Positions 9,501 to 19,266 of a DNA stretch of 56,562 nucleotides are shown here, piece after piece. A model generated the notes under the pieces. That model ran no database searches and was not told the DNA's origin. It saw only the letters and a program-made list of their open reading frames with translations. The DNA is from an uncultured Nitrospirales bacterium. Lineage in GTDB: Bacteria; UBA10199; JADGCS01. The position numbers were made by a program, and so were the translations under genes. The stretch covers positions 1 to 56,562 of the forward strand of contig CAZGMS010000101.1 in assembly GCA_964526915.1 (NCBI GenBank), read 5' to 3'. Numbering within the stretch: the first letter of the stretch is position 1; every line of letters begins with the position of its first letter.

Positions 9501-9683
9501 GGCCTGACGTAAAGAGCCCACACCCGAATCGTTTGTGTTCACCACTGTGAAGGTGGCCGCAAGGGTTGGGGTGGAAAAAAACACCGCCAAAAAAACGACC
9601 AAGGCCCCTATCATACGTAGTTTGAACGGCCGATTTTTGCGACAACGCGCCAAGAGATTTTGTTCTGCTTTCCAGCCCAACAT
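6558..9683 (-). CDS. Large secreted parallel beta-helix repeat protein (CSLREA-type N-terminus, PbH1-like NVISGN repeats, two Ig/Calx-beta-like modules)
   Basis: I place the start at ATG 9683 because GGAGAGG lies 7 nt upstream. Signal-like segment MIGALVVFLAVFFSTPTLA. The motif GSLRQAIIDAN is followed by about 14 periodic GNxIGT...NxISGN units. The C-terminal modules carry NWNTVQTVTV..VNDDSVEGDH. The gene ends at a TGA that is in frame with 4953..6557. Confidence 0.8.
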   Translation of the reverse strand: MLGWKAEQNLLARCRKNRPFKLRMIGALVVFLAVFFSTPTLAATFTVVNTNDSGVGSLRQAIIDANALPGLDTINFDVAVSGGEITLLTTLPEPGSVILDGTTANDVQPGPDITIVGDPDFYGTVIFSSGSGNVMKGIAISGGFQCFIVGGSSTDMMVGGVGDRDGNTMDNCTFSGINNEYTENVTIYNNVIGLTAGNGTAGLGSIGSSHIIIGGAAANQRNIIVNNGAGMRIGASSDITIKGNYIGTATGFDDLGNTEWGILTEGDTENITIGGSAAGEGNVISGNGSCGIANDGTSINAIVQGNYLGVTADGSAALPNGSEGIRTNNSILLGGTVAGAGNVISGNGGAGVLLQGGSSTVQGNYIGTNPTGTVAIPNGTQGIWILASSDNLIGGTVDAARNIISGNTLAGIDINSGWGGGSGNFIENNYIGTNAEGTAAIPNGTIGVYIVNGAQDNFIGLPGYGNVISGNTDDGIRLEGATTTGNSVQANIVGLAADGTTALGNGGDGIQVWQADQTLIGSSDDVTAKNIIASNGVSGIYLDNVEDTTILNNYIGFAYGGEGPLIRTNAGNGIYVANGSASNTINGITDDAPNIIVTAEGTACFLVENTAGDFNEFRGNDCVTETDTTFNSARNGDGNEAIADPTITALTATTSFVEGTAIANGDIDLYANGLYVASGTSDDDGNWSIHAAIPSGARVSAAVTNANHSTSRTVTPLVLVVDDEEEPGPPTITSPPNGSAVSSATPTLTGTKPAYTSLWVDGIEWVANNALTTWTIDDFPIVAGSNNFVFTTQDLSLNESDDVNYTITRDWGITVTETGGTTAVTEGAETDTYTVVLDSKPEVNVKIKFTFDANQLTLSSATKTASTSTSITLTFTPVNWNTVQTVTVAAVNDDSVEGDHESTITAVVQTADPTYTTVPVENITTNITDNDSAGVSLTETDDTTSVATDTEDTYTLVLDTKPANNVTITILPDDIVQTNPSSLVWTTTNWNVPQTVTVTTAENIPAETSVFIQHAATSSDPDYDDLAVDDVVVRLSAASAT

Positions 9684-9957
9684 AGAGACACCTCTCCCCG
9701 TGACGTAACATGCATTTTTTGTACCAAGAAACAGGTGATTATTGTTGGTTTGGGAGTGGACTTTGTTTAACAACCATTGACTGTGCTAACAGGGAGTTTG
9801 AGTAATAGGAATTATTTGCCGATCAGAGGGTAAAAGGAGGTAAAAAACAACACCTGAAGCACATACAGTGAATTCAATCAAAATTACGGAAACCTTGCCA
9901 AAATAACGACAACTTTCTATAGGCAACGACACAGGGGGTATAGAAAGGATCGACATC

Positions 9958-12900
9958 ATGCAAATACTGCCAGCCTATACCATTCGCCTTGTTCCGGGCA
10001 ACACCATTGGTTTGTCAGAAAAAGGATTTCAAGGACCAGCCACTGGCCCTGTCGATGCTTATTCGCCCGGTACTCACTCTTTGGGATTGCTTTCCCTCCC
10101 TACGGCCGCAACAGCCGCAAGAGCGATCCCTCGTTTCAAGGCCCCTTTTGACACTGACTCCTCATTGCCTGTCAGGCAACCCTTGTCGTTGGCAAAATCA
10201 CTGGATGTAAAACTGTCACAAGAACACCGCATCCAGTTCAGCCCTACAGATGTGGTCAATTATTTTCATGATCCCCTGATCACCTGGCTCGAAAGACATC
10301 ACATTGAAATGCGCACGCGTCAGGTCACTACCGCAGAGCCTTGTCCCAGTGAGTTTTTGACGTTGCTTCGTCAGAAAGGACGCACACACGAGGAAACAGT
10401 TTTGCAGAAAATGCAAAGTGAAAAACAGGTCGTGATGGTGTCACGCGATCAGGATTTCACCTTGGAGAGACAAAAAACGCTCATCGCCATGGAAATGGGG
10501 GCGGAGGTCATATATCAACCCGCCCTGTCTCGTGCGAGTGATCCTTTTGTGGGACACGTGGATTTTTTGTTTAAAGTCAAAAATTCCGCAGGAGTCAAAA
10601 CCCGTATCAACGGACGCGACTGTGATTGGCATTATGTGCCCTGTGAGGTAAAACTCTCAAAGCGAGCCAAACCCGAACACCTCCTGCAACTTAGTCTGTA
10701 CGCCCATATGCTGGAGGACATGCAGGACTACCTGCCCCCATCCCTGTACGTCATCAATGGCAAGGGAGAAACCGAAGCCTACCGCACACAGGATTATTTT
10801 GATCTGAGCATGCATTATCGCGAGGCCTTTTTGACCCAGCAGGAATTGTTTGATGCGAATGTGGTGCCTTTGCCACACAGATTGCCCTTGGGTGATTGGC
10901 ACAGTTATGTTGATGAATACCTGACCAAATGTGATGATCTCCGCAGCCTTCCGGGCATGATGGAGACGCAGGCTGTGCATCTCAACAACGCGGGGATTCG
11001 CACCATCACTGAACTGTCTGCTAGTCCCCTCAAGACTGTTCCTCAAATGCCTGAACCTGTTTTTGCTAAATATCAATTGCTGGCCCGGCTCATCGTGCAG
11101 GCCAAGACCTCCGGTACCATTCAGTTTCAACTCACGGATGATCTTTCTGATCAAAAAAGAGGCCTGCAAACGCTCCCACCGTCTGCCGGTAAAAAAAACG
11201 ATTTGTTTTTGATCCTGCAAGCCTCCCCGTTGGTTCAGGGTGACCTCTGTTTCAACATGGGAGTTACGTCGTATGGCACAGACACCAAAGACGGCGTTGC
11301 ACAGAGAGGGCAGTTGTATCAAAGCTGGGCCAATGATGAAACAGATGAAGAACGGAATTTTTCCAACCTGATGGACAATATCCGGCGCCGCTTGTCTCAT
11401 GATCGTCACATGCACGTGTATGTGTATGGTTCCTCCACAACAGAAAGACTCAGAAAGCTGGCACAAAAACACGGCAAACACGAGGCTCTGCTGGACAGTT
11501 TCTTTGAGCGTGGCGTGTTTGTGGATTTGGAAAAAATCTTTAAGGACAGTTTTTTGACCAGCAGTGTCAACACCGAGTTGGTCGCTCTTGCGCCTCTGTT
11601 GGGTGCCAACGGGCTTTCCTCTGAATACCGTGTTGATGATGCTGTCATGCTGGCTGGTCATTATTTTGAAACCGAAGATGCTGAAATCAAGCAAAACGCA
11701 CTGAACCGTTTGGGTATTAAAACCAAAGCTGACACTGCCTTGCTTTTTCGAATGTATCAGTTTTTGAGTTCTGCCCAGACCCAACAGAAAGCCAAATATC
11801 AGCCTCGCACCCGGCCACTGGGCCCACGACCACCTTTCGCCAAGACCTTTGATGGCGCTCACACGACTGTGGACCTTAAAGACACCACGCTGTTGATCCA
11901 AAGATTATGGGGCCGATTCGGATCCAGCATCGCGGCCCACCAGCGCGGGGAGAGAACCCCTGACGCTGAGCGGGGAAGAGTGGCTCTGCTCCTCACGCAA
12001 CTTTTGCAGTACCACATTCGTGAAAAGAGGGCCTGGTTTGGACAAATTCAGGGGCGAATAGAAAAGACACCGTTTGAACTGGTGGCCGACACGGTCGCGT
12101 TGGGAGATATGCAATTGTTGCCGTCAGCCCCCACAGAGGTCAAACATGGCAAGGTTTTTCGGTTCACATTCCCTGCGCAGGAAACCAAGGTCAAGCAAGG
12201 CCTGTCTTGTCTTGTGTCTCAGAATCTTCGTGTGGGGGTCAAGATTGAACACATCGATTTCAAACAGGGAGAGGTTTCCCTCCGCATCTCCGACAACATG
12301 CTCACCCGTTTGGGGGGCACCATGCCCGAAACCCTCGCTTTGCTCCCGTACGATTATGTTTCCCCGCAAGCCATGCACGATGCCATTTACCGAATCGCGC
12401 AGAGACTGGATCAAAAAGAACCCCGATTGCCAAGCCTGACGGGTGCTCTGCTTTTCAGAATGCCCCCGCACATTACGGAGTGGGATGAGCAACACGGCAC
12501 GGTGGGCGAAAAGCGGGCTGGGAGCCTGATCAAGGGCAATGTGTATGACCCCGATGAAACCGGAATAATCGAAGGCGTCAATGCGATCAGTCATATGCGC
12601 GGGAGTGTGCTCTGTGTGCAAGGTATCCCCGCTTCGGGCAAAACCACCCTCGCGGCGCGTGCCATCCTCGAACAAATCAAGGCAGGCAAGCGCACCGCCA
12701 TTTCGGGCCTCACCCACAGGGGCATGAATAATCTGGCCGTGCGGGTAGCTGAGTTGGCCAAAGAAGAAGGGCTCCAACTCAATCTGGTCAAGGTGGATGA
12801 TGGGCAGGAACAGCGCGATGAGCGCCTGAGCGCCTTGGCCGGTGACAAGATCAAAATTCAGTTTTACCGCACGGGAGAGACCTTGGCCAAGCATGTTACG

Positions 12901-13872
12901 GAATATGATGTGGTGGTCGCCAGTCCCTGGGTGATGTCACGGCCGGAATTTTCCCACCAGTTTTCGCACTTGTTCATTGATGAGGCAGGTCAGTTGTCAC
13001 TTGCCAACGCTCTGGCCATGACACACTGCGCCGCCAACCTGATCCTGTTGGGTGACCAGAGACAAAACAGACAACCCTTGCAGGCAAGACATCCGGGGCT
13101 TTCCGGGTTATCGGTGCTGGACTACATGCTTTCTGGCTTGGGCACTGATGTCCCGGTGGTCCCCGACGACTTTGGACTCTTCTTGGGTCAGTCTTTCCGC
13201 ATGGCCCCGCCTATTGCTGAATTTGCCAGCCAGGAATTTTACGATGGCAGACTACAGACAGCCGAAGTGGCCACGCGGCGCCAACTGATCGCGCCCGAAC
13301 GCCCTGTCCCTGTTGAGGTTCAGGGCAAGAGATTTATGTTTCCCCCCGCGGGCATAGTCGCCTTACCCATTACGGGCCCAATACATAGCCGACAAAATCC
13401 TGAAGAGGCGCTTGCCGTGCAGGCCATTTTGGAATCACTCAAACACTTTCATGTTGAGCAAAGAAACGGTGCGGGTGATGTGGTGGAAAGTGCTCCCCTT
13501 GATTCCGCGCGGGTCTTTGTGATGGCGCCTTTCACGGCACAGGTGAACGCCTTGGCCCGTGAGTTGCCCCCAGATGTGCTGGTGAGTACGGTGGATGGTT
13601 TGCAGGGGCGCGAAAACAGTGTGGTCCTGTATTCTCTGGGAGTCAGTGACCCTGATTCGCAACACGGGGTGACATTTGCGATGGACCCGCGGCGCATCAA
13701 CACAGCGCTCACGCGGGCGCAGGTGCTTTTTATTTTACTCGCCAACCCGCATTTGCTGGACAGACGCCCCGGCACCATCGCGGAGATGAAAAACCTCAAT
13801 CGACTGGCGATGCTGTTGCGCCGGTACGCACCGGAGCCGGCATCAGGGCCAGATAGAGATTCAGCCCGTTAA
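9958..13872 (+). CDS. RecB-like PD-(D/E)XK nuclease (TM0106-like N-terminal region) fused to an SF1 DNA2/Upf1-type helicase (AAA_11/AAA_12-like)
   Basis: Nuclease motif GHVDFLF (D at 10561) then CEVKLSK (E at 10645, K at 10651). Walker A GIPASGKTT at 12622..12648. Walker B FIDEAGQ around 12979. Also GDQRQ, STVDGLQGRE and TRAQVLFILL. AAGGA lies 9 nt upstream of ATG 9958. Confidence 0.85.
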   Translation: MQILPAYTIRLVPGNTIGLSEKGFQGPATGPVDAYSPGTHSLGLLSLPTAATAARAIPRFKAPFDTDSSLPVRQPLSLAKSLDVKLSQEHRIQFSPTDVVNYFHDPLITWLERHHIEMRTRQVTTAEPCPSEFLTLLRQKGRTHEETVLQKMQSEKQVVMVSRDQDFTLERQKTLIAMEMGAEVIYQPALSRASDPFVGHVDFLFKVKNSAGVKTRINGRDCDWHYVPCEVKLSKRAKPEHLLQLSLYAHMLEDMQDYLPPSLYVINGKGETEAYRTQDYFDLSMHYREAFLTQQELFDANVVPLPHRLPLGDWHSYVDEYLTKCDDLRSLPGMMETQAVHLNNAGIRTITELSASPLKTVPQMPEPVFAKYQLLARLIVQAKTSGTIQFQLTDDLSDQKRGLQTLPPSAGKKNDLFLILQASPLVQGDLCFNMGVTSYGTDTKDGVAQRGQLYQSWANDETDEERNFSNLMDNIRRRLSHDRHMHVYVYGSSTTERLRKLAQKHGKHEALLDSFFERGVFVDLEKIFKDSFLTSSVNTELVALAPLLGANGLSSEYRVDDAVMLAGHYFETEDAEIKQNALNRLGIKTKADTALLFRMYQFLSSAQTQQKAKYQPRTRPLGPRPPFAKTFDGAHTTVDLKDTTLLIQRLWGRFGSSIAAHQRGERTPDAERGRVALLLTQLLQYHIREKRAWFGQIQGRIEKTPFELVADTVALGDMQLLPSAPTEVKHGKVFRFTFPAQETKVKQGLSCLVSQNLRVGVKIEHIDFKQGEVSLRISDNMLTRLGGTMPETLALLPYDYVSPQAMHDAIYRIAQRLDQKEPRLPSLTGALLFRMPPHITEWDEQHGTVGEKRAGSLIKGNVYDPDETGIIEGVNAISHMRGSVLCVQGIPASGKTTLAARAILEQIKAGKRTAISGLTHRGMNNLAVRVAELAKEEGLQLNLVKVDDGQEQRDERLSALAGDKIKIQFYRTGETLAKHVTEYDVVVASPWVMSRPEFSHQFSHLFIDEAGQLSLANALAMTHCAANLILLGDQRQNRQPLQARHPGLSGLSVLDYMLSGLGTDVPVVPDDFGLFLGQSFRMAPPIAEFASQEFYDGRLQTAEVATRRQLIAPERPVPVEVQGKRFMFPPAGIVALPITGPIHSRQNPEEALAVQAILESLKHFHVEQRNGAGDVVESAPLDSARVFVMAPFTAQVNALARELPPDVLVSTVDGLQGRENSVVLYSLGVSDPDSQHGVTFAMDPRRINTALTRAQVLFILLANPHLLDRRPGTIAEMKNLNRLAMLLRRYAPEPASGPDRDSAR

Positions 13873-16800
13873 GACCCGACCCCGCACATAGGCCATACCC
13901 CATTGACGATAATCAATGCCTAAAAACGCGAGGATTCTTTTCAAATAGGCCACGTCACCCATATGATGCCGATACATATTCATTCTTAAAAATGATCCCA
14001 GGAGTTTTGACAGAGCTGTTTTCAAGGGAAACCTGATGACCGTACCGTGATTGGCATAATACACTTCGAGCTGATTTTGAATGGCTAACAATCTATCCAT
14101 GGGTTTCGTCAAAGCTTGTATGTTGTCTAATGACAAAACATAATCCAGGGCTTCATCAAGGTTTTGTGGTTTGCCTTCTCCTTCAAAAATATCTGTAAAG
14201 CGTGACCTCAGAAGTTTTTTGAGCTCAGTGCCGGCATTTCGTGACGGGTTGATGAGCGCTCTGAATATGAATTTGAATAAATCTAATTCTTCTTTTGTGA
14301 TGGTTGTGATTTGAGCGTAATCCACACGAACCAGATTTCCATTGGCCAGATCAACAGGCCAGTTCCCCTGATGCCCATCAGGATCAAACACCAATCTGCC
14401 TTCGTCAAGCGCTTTAATTTCTGCATCCACAATTTGGGCCGCAATGGCCACTCGCAATGTGCGGGGTCTGATTTTATCCAGCTTTGTATGATCAACAAAC
14501 GCATACACAGAGGCCTGTTTTCGATACTCTGGTTGAATCATTGTTTGGATTTCAAGATCTGGTGCCACCGCAGTCACTCTGAGTCCTGTCTGTGGACTGA
14601 TTTCAGCGTGCTGATACGCCCTTAAGCCCAAGGCGGCCTTTGATCTTTCCTGCTCCAAGTCCAATTCCACACCACCGGGTTTTAACGTATCATAGGCCTG
14701 TTGCATCAAATTCTCGATGAGCATGCCATAACGAAGAACCTGCGGTGGCCTATCTGGGGCCTTTAATTGTTCGATCACTTTTAACCACACCTTATGTTCG
14801 TTTTCGATCAAGCCAGACACATGTTCTTTTTGAATGCGCACACACACTCTGCGCACTTCACCTGTGCTCAGACGCACATAGACTTCGACCGCATAATTGA
14901 GAGATCCCGAGCCAGCCAGTTTCCCCACGGCCAGTATCTTTATATAATTGTCACCAAAAATCTGCTTGAGCTGTCTTATGATGATCTCTCTGGAGGGTGG
15001 CAGGGCAAAATCAAACGAACTCATGAGATCATCTCTGAGTGTTCCTGTCACCAGACCACTGGTCACCAGATTCTGAGCCGCCTTTGCCCCCAGAGGCCCG
15101 CTGGTTTCAAGCAGTCGTCTGAAAGACGAGTGTCCGGTTGTGGGATCATAATTTGCCAGAGCCAGGGCAATAAGGATTTTTCGCTCGCCGGCAGGCAGGA
15201 CATTCATGTAAGTATCAAAAATTTCACTCAAGGCAGGGTCCTCATACGCTCCATCCATGATGATGTTTTTGACAGCATCGTAAACAAATGTGCCCTGCAA
15301 GGTTTTCAGCTCATCACCTAAAATGACCTGTAGCGTCATTGCCTGAAACAAGGCCCCATTCTGCTGATACAATGCCTTGAATCGAATAATCTGGTCTTGT
15401 GAATCTTCCTGGTCTTGTTTGTTTTGATATTTTTGTAAGTGTGGCACATGAGGAGAGACACCGATCAAATAGCAGATTAAATCAAGACGCTCCTGTTTGG
15501 TGGTGATTCCTTGAGCCAGAAAATCCGGTGCGTCGAGAGCATACAAAGCTCTCATCTGCACCCAGTTATTTTCATTCAATCTGAGTTCAGCCAAAAGCCG
15601 TGTTTCATTTTCTCCTGGCAAGAGTGCGGCTTCAACAAAGTCCAAAACAGAATAACTGGCTGGCGTTGGCTCGGCAAATTGCTCTTGCAGAAGCGCACGC
15701 ACATCGCGGACAATCTTTCGCACTTCCTGAGGAGTGGGCAATTGCGCAGGATACGCCTTGAGGTCTTGTTGGTGTTGTCGAAAACCCGGCAAGTGCTCAA
15801 TCTGCCATTTGGCAATGTCTGTTTTGAAACCCTCATACCTGCAAAGCCTGATGAGGCCCGGATATAAAAATAGTTCTCCGACCTCCTGTTCAAAATCTCT
15901 GAATTGCCACAAATACCCCAGCACATCCTGTATTTTGTCTGGTAATAGGCCCATTTTGTTTTTCACTCTAAACAAAAGAAGCCTGGCAACGAGTGCTCGG
16001 GGATACAGAGTCACACACCTTAAGTCCGAAAAGAAATCGTCCAGAGTTCTTGCAAAACACCTGAGTAACAACTCATCACTGGCTGATCCTTTGGAAGAAT
16101 ACTTTCCGGATTTTTCATTGATCAATTCTTCAACCCCAGCAACATACTCTGCATAAACAGACAGATCCGAAATGGTTCTTTTGCCGGCACTGACAAACGA
16201 AAAAGAAGACGAGACTCCCGCTTCAATACAACGGAGAGATGAATATGTTGTTTCCAAGTGAGCTCTGTCAAAGGCTTTCCAAAATTCATAAGAAGCCTTT
16301 GTGACTGAACCATGTCGCATGAGAAACCATTGAAACGATTTTTTATAAAACCCTGCTATGGCATCACGACAGTCAGCTTGAACATCTGGGTCTAAAAAGA
16401 ATGCGGCACGCGCTAAATCCCAGGGCCTTTCCAGGGAAAGTCGCTTCAAAGCAAGCTCTGTCAATTGACCGGGTTGAGGATCGTATTTCGTTGCCTTTCT
16501 TTGCATTTGCGCATGGGTTTTCTCTGCTAATGTCCAATGGTCGATGGGGATAGCCATAAATATATCATAAATGGCATTCAGTTTATCTTCTTCGATTTGC
16601 CTGAGTCTCTGCCTGACCTGTGCGGGAATGCTGCTTTCTTCATTGTTGGCGACTAACATTTCAACGATGCTGTTCAATTCCGTTTCTTCCTGCGTCCACA
16701 AAGCAGGTTCATTGGTGTACACATGAGCTGTTTGTCTAATATCTAATTGTCCCTTGAACACCCCCCAGAATTTCTCATTGTTGGCCAGTTGGATCATATC

Positions 16801-19266
16801 AGAAAACATAGCCTCGCGGTTCAGGCCCTGTTTGGCCGCATCAGGCATCATCGCTGGGATCATGAGATAGACCAGATGTTTGATTTGCTCGCGTGACACC
16901 CCTGCGTCACCGGCCGCCTTAAATATGAGCCATACCAGTCTATCCACCCCTTGTGCCCTATTGGCATATTGTGAGTAATGAATAGAATACAACATCCCCA
17001 TTTCATCTAATTGTTCCTGAAATCCATGCAATGCGTTTAACCACGATTCTTTGTTGAGAGAATTCAGGTTTTCAATCAACTCTGCTGTGGCTTTGTCGAG
17101 CAAGCTTGTCTCACATTCTTTAAGATCTATTTCTGCACAATATTTCGCACCTCTGATAAGTTCTGCTAAATTTTTTAAAAAATGAGGGTTATCATGATAA
17201 TAACCATGTATTTTGACAGCAGAACTACAATGTATTTCTACAGTTTTTTTGATGACATTTTGGATGAGTGTTCTTGTTTGAGTCGGAAGGCATTTAGAAA
17301 AATAACTAATTAAGGTGGGGAGACAATCGCGTATGAAATGGAAAATTTCGCAATATTGTAGTTCCCTGTTGCCACCGTCCCTGTGTTGAAGACATTCTTC
17401 AAAACTTGTTGCTAAATGATCGGAAATCTTGTTCAAGATTTGTTCCAGCACGGCTGGAGAAGCCTTTCGATAGCCATAGGTTTTTATGAGCCCGGCTAAC
17501 CGAACACTGTCTTTTTCTGATAACAGAAAATTCAAATGATGATCTTTTCTTATTTTTTTGGCGCGTTTTGGGGCTTGAATGAGCATATCATGGGCAATGC
17601 GCAACCTTAAACCACCCGATTCAAGACTATCTACAAAGAGACCGTGTTTTGATTCTAAGCAACCCACCGGTGGTTTTCGGTAGCCCTGATCGATAAAGGC
17701 ATCAAGCGCTGGTCCTTGCTCAAAATACAATTTTGCAAGCCTAATTCCTGCTTCACATCCCGCAATCTTTCCTTTTAGTTCTTTAATCATGTGTTGGTGA
17801 AAGCTGGTATTCCCACAAGTGGCGGAAGCACTTTCAAGCTCTTGGAGGCTCTCTTTATTTTCGTCTCTTCTCTTCAAAAAGTCTATGAGATCCCCATTCT
17901 CAATGTCTACCTCTCGTGCTTCCAATGATAGGTATGCTTCTAACTGAGTTGTGTTTTGAGGTACAAAATCTGGTCCCAGAATCGCGTTTTTGGCTCTTTC
18001 AAATTCCTCATGAAGATTTTGGGCCAGTTGTAATTTAACAAGAATAAACCACTCTTCCCATTTACTGTGACTGTAAGGCAACCAGGATTTCATTTCTGCG
18101 AGTCGCAAAGCATAAACATCTGCAAAGCTCTTCACCCCACGTTCAAAATCCATTTGCGTGCTTGCCGCGATCTTGCGATACATTTCATCGGCCAAACCAG
18201 TCACCTCTAATAAACGCTCAATTCTTGCCCGAAATACAGCTTCGAGAGCACCGTACTTAAACAAAACAGATTTGACGTTCCCCAGCACGATCTGTGATCT
18301 TGCGCCATCATCAAGGCGGTGTTCTGTATTACCGCCTTGGAGCCTCACCAAAGCGGCCACAGCACCCTCCAAAACGGATATTCTTGTTGTTAATTTTGTG
18401 TGTGTCTGCGACAGACAGTCCCCTGATCCTTTTCTTAATCTGGTTAACACATCAATTCCCGCTTGTGGATTTTTATCTTTACGGATCAAACGCCTCACCA
18501 ACGCTTTGGCATCGGCCTCATTTTCAACAGACCGTTGTAAAAGAAAGCTCCCCAATTCACCTCTATTCGCGTTGATTTTTTCTTGAAGTTGAGACAACCC
18601 GTGTTCCAGTTCATGTCCCAATATAAAACCGAGTTCCTCATCATTTTCTATCAGTTCTAACAACCCTAAGGTGATTCCCACAATTTTTTCTGATCCGTAT
18701 GTTGACTGGACAAAACAAGCGTTAGGTGACCTGTCTCTTAAAATCACAAAATAAACGGGGCCCGTGCCGTCTTCGGGAATCAACATGTCTTCCAACAGAA
18801 TGCAGGCTCTATTGATAAAACTTGTTAAAGCTGACTGCATGGGTTCAGGAAAAATAGTGACATCAAGTGCCTGTGCTCCGATTCTCTGCAATAATACGGC
18901 AATTTTCTCATCACCATGACCGACTTGCACCTTGTGCCCAGGTGTTGGCATTGCCATATGCGCGGCAGAGACCATGACCGTATCTGCTGATGGCAACGTG
19001 TGTAAATACTGAACACGTGAGTGATCCAAAAGTGATGGGGGTTTTTGGGCTTCTACCCCTTCCTGCTGTCGATAATCACCAAGGCGTCTTGCCCAACAGG
19101 GAGTTGCCTGCAAAGATTCTATTTGATCATGGCCAGACAACAAAGGGGATCCCGCCACGTCTGTCACGTCAGACCTTGATAAGGGGACATCTTGTCCCCA
19201 GGCTGAGCCTAGAGTTGGGGAACCAGTAACACCAGAAGGGATACAATATGAAAGGATACCAGCCAT
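13861..19266 (-). CDS. Giant (~1,800 aa) multidomain protein: N-terminal M48-like Zn-metalloprotease module, long helical middle, C-terminal UbiB/ABC1-like atypical kinase module
   Basis: HELEH lies at 18601..18615, flanked by SPNACF upstream and ENEADAKAL downstream. The C-terminal ~420 aa (13864..15120) contain GPLGAKAAQNL, AGSGSLNYAVEVYV..VCVRIQKEH, ELDLEQERS, and FDPDGHQGNWPVD..VRVDY (DPDGHQGN at 14362..14385). The start is ambiguous: the first ATG at 19362 sits inside a repeat, and I prefer ATG 19266 (MAGILSY). Neither has a clear RBS. Confidence 0.75.
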   Translation of the reverse strand: MAGILSYCIPSGVTGSPTLGSAWGQDVPLSRSDVTDVAGSPLLSGHDQIESLQATPCWARRLGDYRQQEGVEAQKPPSLLDHSRVQYLHTLPSADTVMVSAAHMAMPTPGHKVQVGHGDEKIAVLLQRIGAQALDVTIFPEPMQSALTSFINRACILLEDMLIPEDGTGPVYFVILRDRSPNACFVQSTYGSEKIVGITLGLLELIENDEELGFILGHELEHGLSQLQEKINANRGELGSFLLQRSVENEADAKALVRRLIRKDKNPQAGIDVLTRLRKGSGDCLSQTHTKLTTRISVLEGAVAALVRLQGGNTEHRLDDGARSQIVLGNVKSVLFKYGALEAVFRARIERLLEVTGLADEMYRKIAASTQMDFERGVKSFADVYALRLAEMKSWLPYSHSKWEEWFILVKLQLAQNLHEEFERAKNAILGPDFVPQNTTQLEAYLSLEAREVDIENGDLIDFLKRRDENKESLQELESASATCGNTSFHQHMIKELKGKIAGCEAGIRLAKLYFEQGPALDAFIDQGYRKPPVGCLESKHGLFVDSLESGGLRLRIAHDMLIQAPKRAKKIRKDHHLNFLLSEKDSVRLAGLIKTYGYRKASPAVLEQILNKISDHLATSFEECLQHRDGGNRELQYCEIFHFIRDCLPTLISYFSKCLPTQTRTLIQNVIKKTVEIHCSSAVKIHGYYHDNPHFLKNLAELIRGAKYCAEIDLKECETSLLDKATAELIENLNSLNKESWLNALHGFQEQLDEMGMLYSIHYSQYANRAQGVDRLVWLIFKAAGDAGVSREQIKHLVYLMIPAMMPDAAKQGLNREAMFSDMIQLANNEKFWGVFKGQLDIRQTAHVYTNEPALWTQEETELNSIVEMLVANNEESSIPAQVRQRLRQIEEDKLNAIYDIFMAIPIDHWTLAEKTHAQMQRKATKYDPQPGQLTELALKRLSLERPWDLARAAFFLDPDVQADCRDAIAGFYKKSFQWFLMRHGSVTKASYEFWKAFDRAHLETTYSSLRCIEAGVSSSFSFVSAGKRTISDLSVYAEYVAGVEELINEKSGKYSSKGSASDELLLRCFARTLDDFFSDLRCVTLYPRALVARLLLFRVKNKMGLLPDKIQDVLGYLWQFRDFEQEVGELFLYPGLIRLCRYEGFKTDIAKWQIEHLPGFRQHQQDLKAYPAQLPTPQEVRKIVRDVRALLQEQFAEPTPASYSVLDFVEAALLPGENETRLLAELRLNENNWVQMRALYALDAPDFLAQGITTKQERLDLICYLIGVSPHVPHLQKYQNKQDQEDSQDQIIRFKALYQQNGALFQAMTLQVILGDELKTLQGTFVYDAVKNIIMDGAYEDPALSEIFDTYMNVLPAGERKILIALALANYDPTTGHSSFRRLLETSGPLGAKAAQNLVTSGLVTGTLRDDLMSSFDFALPPSREIIIRQLKQIFGDNYIKILAVGKLAGSGSLNYAVEVYVRLSTGEVRRVCVRIQKEHVSGLIENEHKVWLKVIEQLKAPDRPPQVLRYGMLIENLMQQAYDTLKPGGVELDLEQERSKAALGLRAYQHAEISPQTGLRVTAVAPDLEIQTMIQPEYRKQASVYAFVDHTKLDKIRPRTLRVAIAAQIVDAEIKALDEGRLVFDPDGHQGNWPVDLANGNLVRVDYAQITTITKEELDLFKFIFRALINPSRNAGTELKKLLRSRFTDIFEGEGKPQNLDEALDYVLSLDNIQALTKPMDRLLAIQNQLEVYYANHGTVIRFPLKTALSKLLGSFLRMNMYRHHMGDVAYLKRILAFLGIDYRQWGMAYVRGRVLTG

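Noticed and set aside
10657-11901. Long antisense ORFs inside recognisable genes: 10657..11901 and 12124..12894 opposite the nuclease-helicase; 20785..21483 opposite rpsB; 53675..54418 opposite the TRAP binding protein; 7305..7946 opposite the beta-helix protein; 55713..56288 opposite dctM.
   Set aside because: Each lies wholly within an opposite-strand gene that has clear catalytic or family motifs. Their translations are low-complexity or R/H/G-rich with no motifs and no RBS, as is typical of shadow ORFs.
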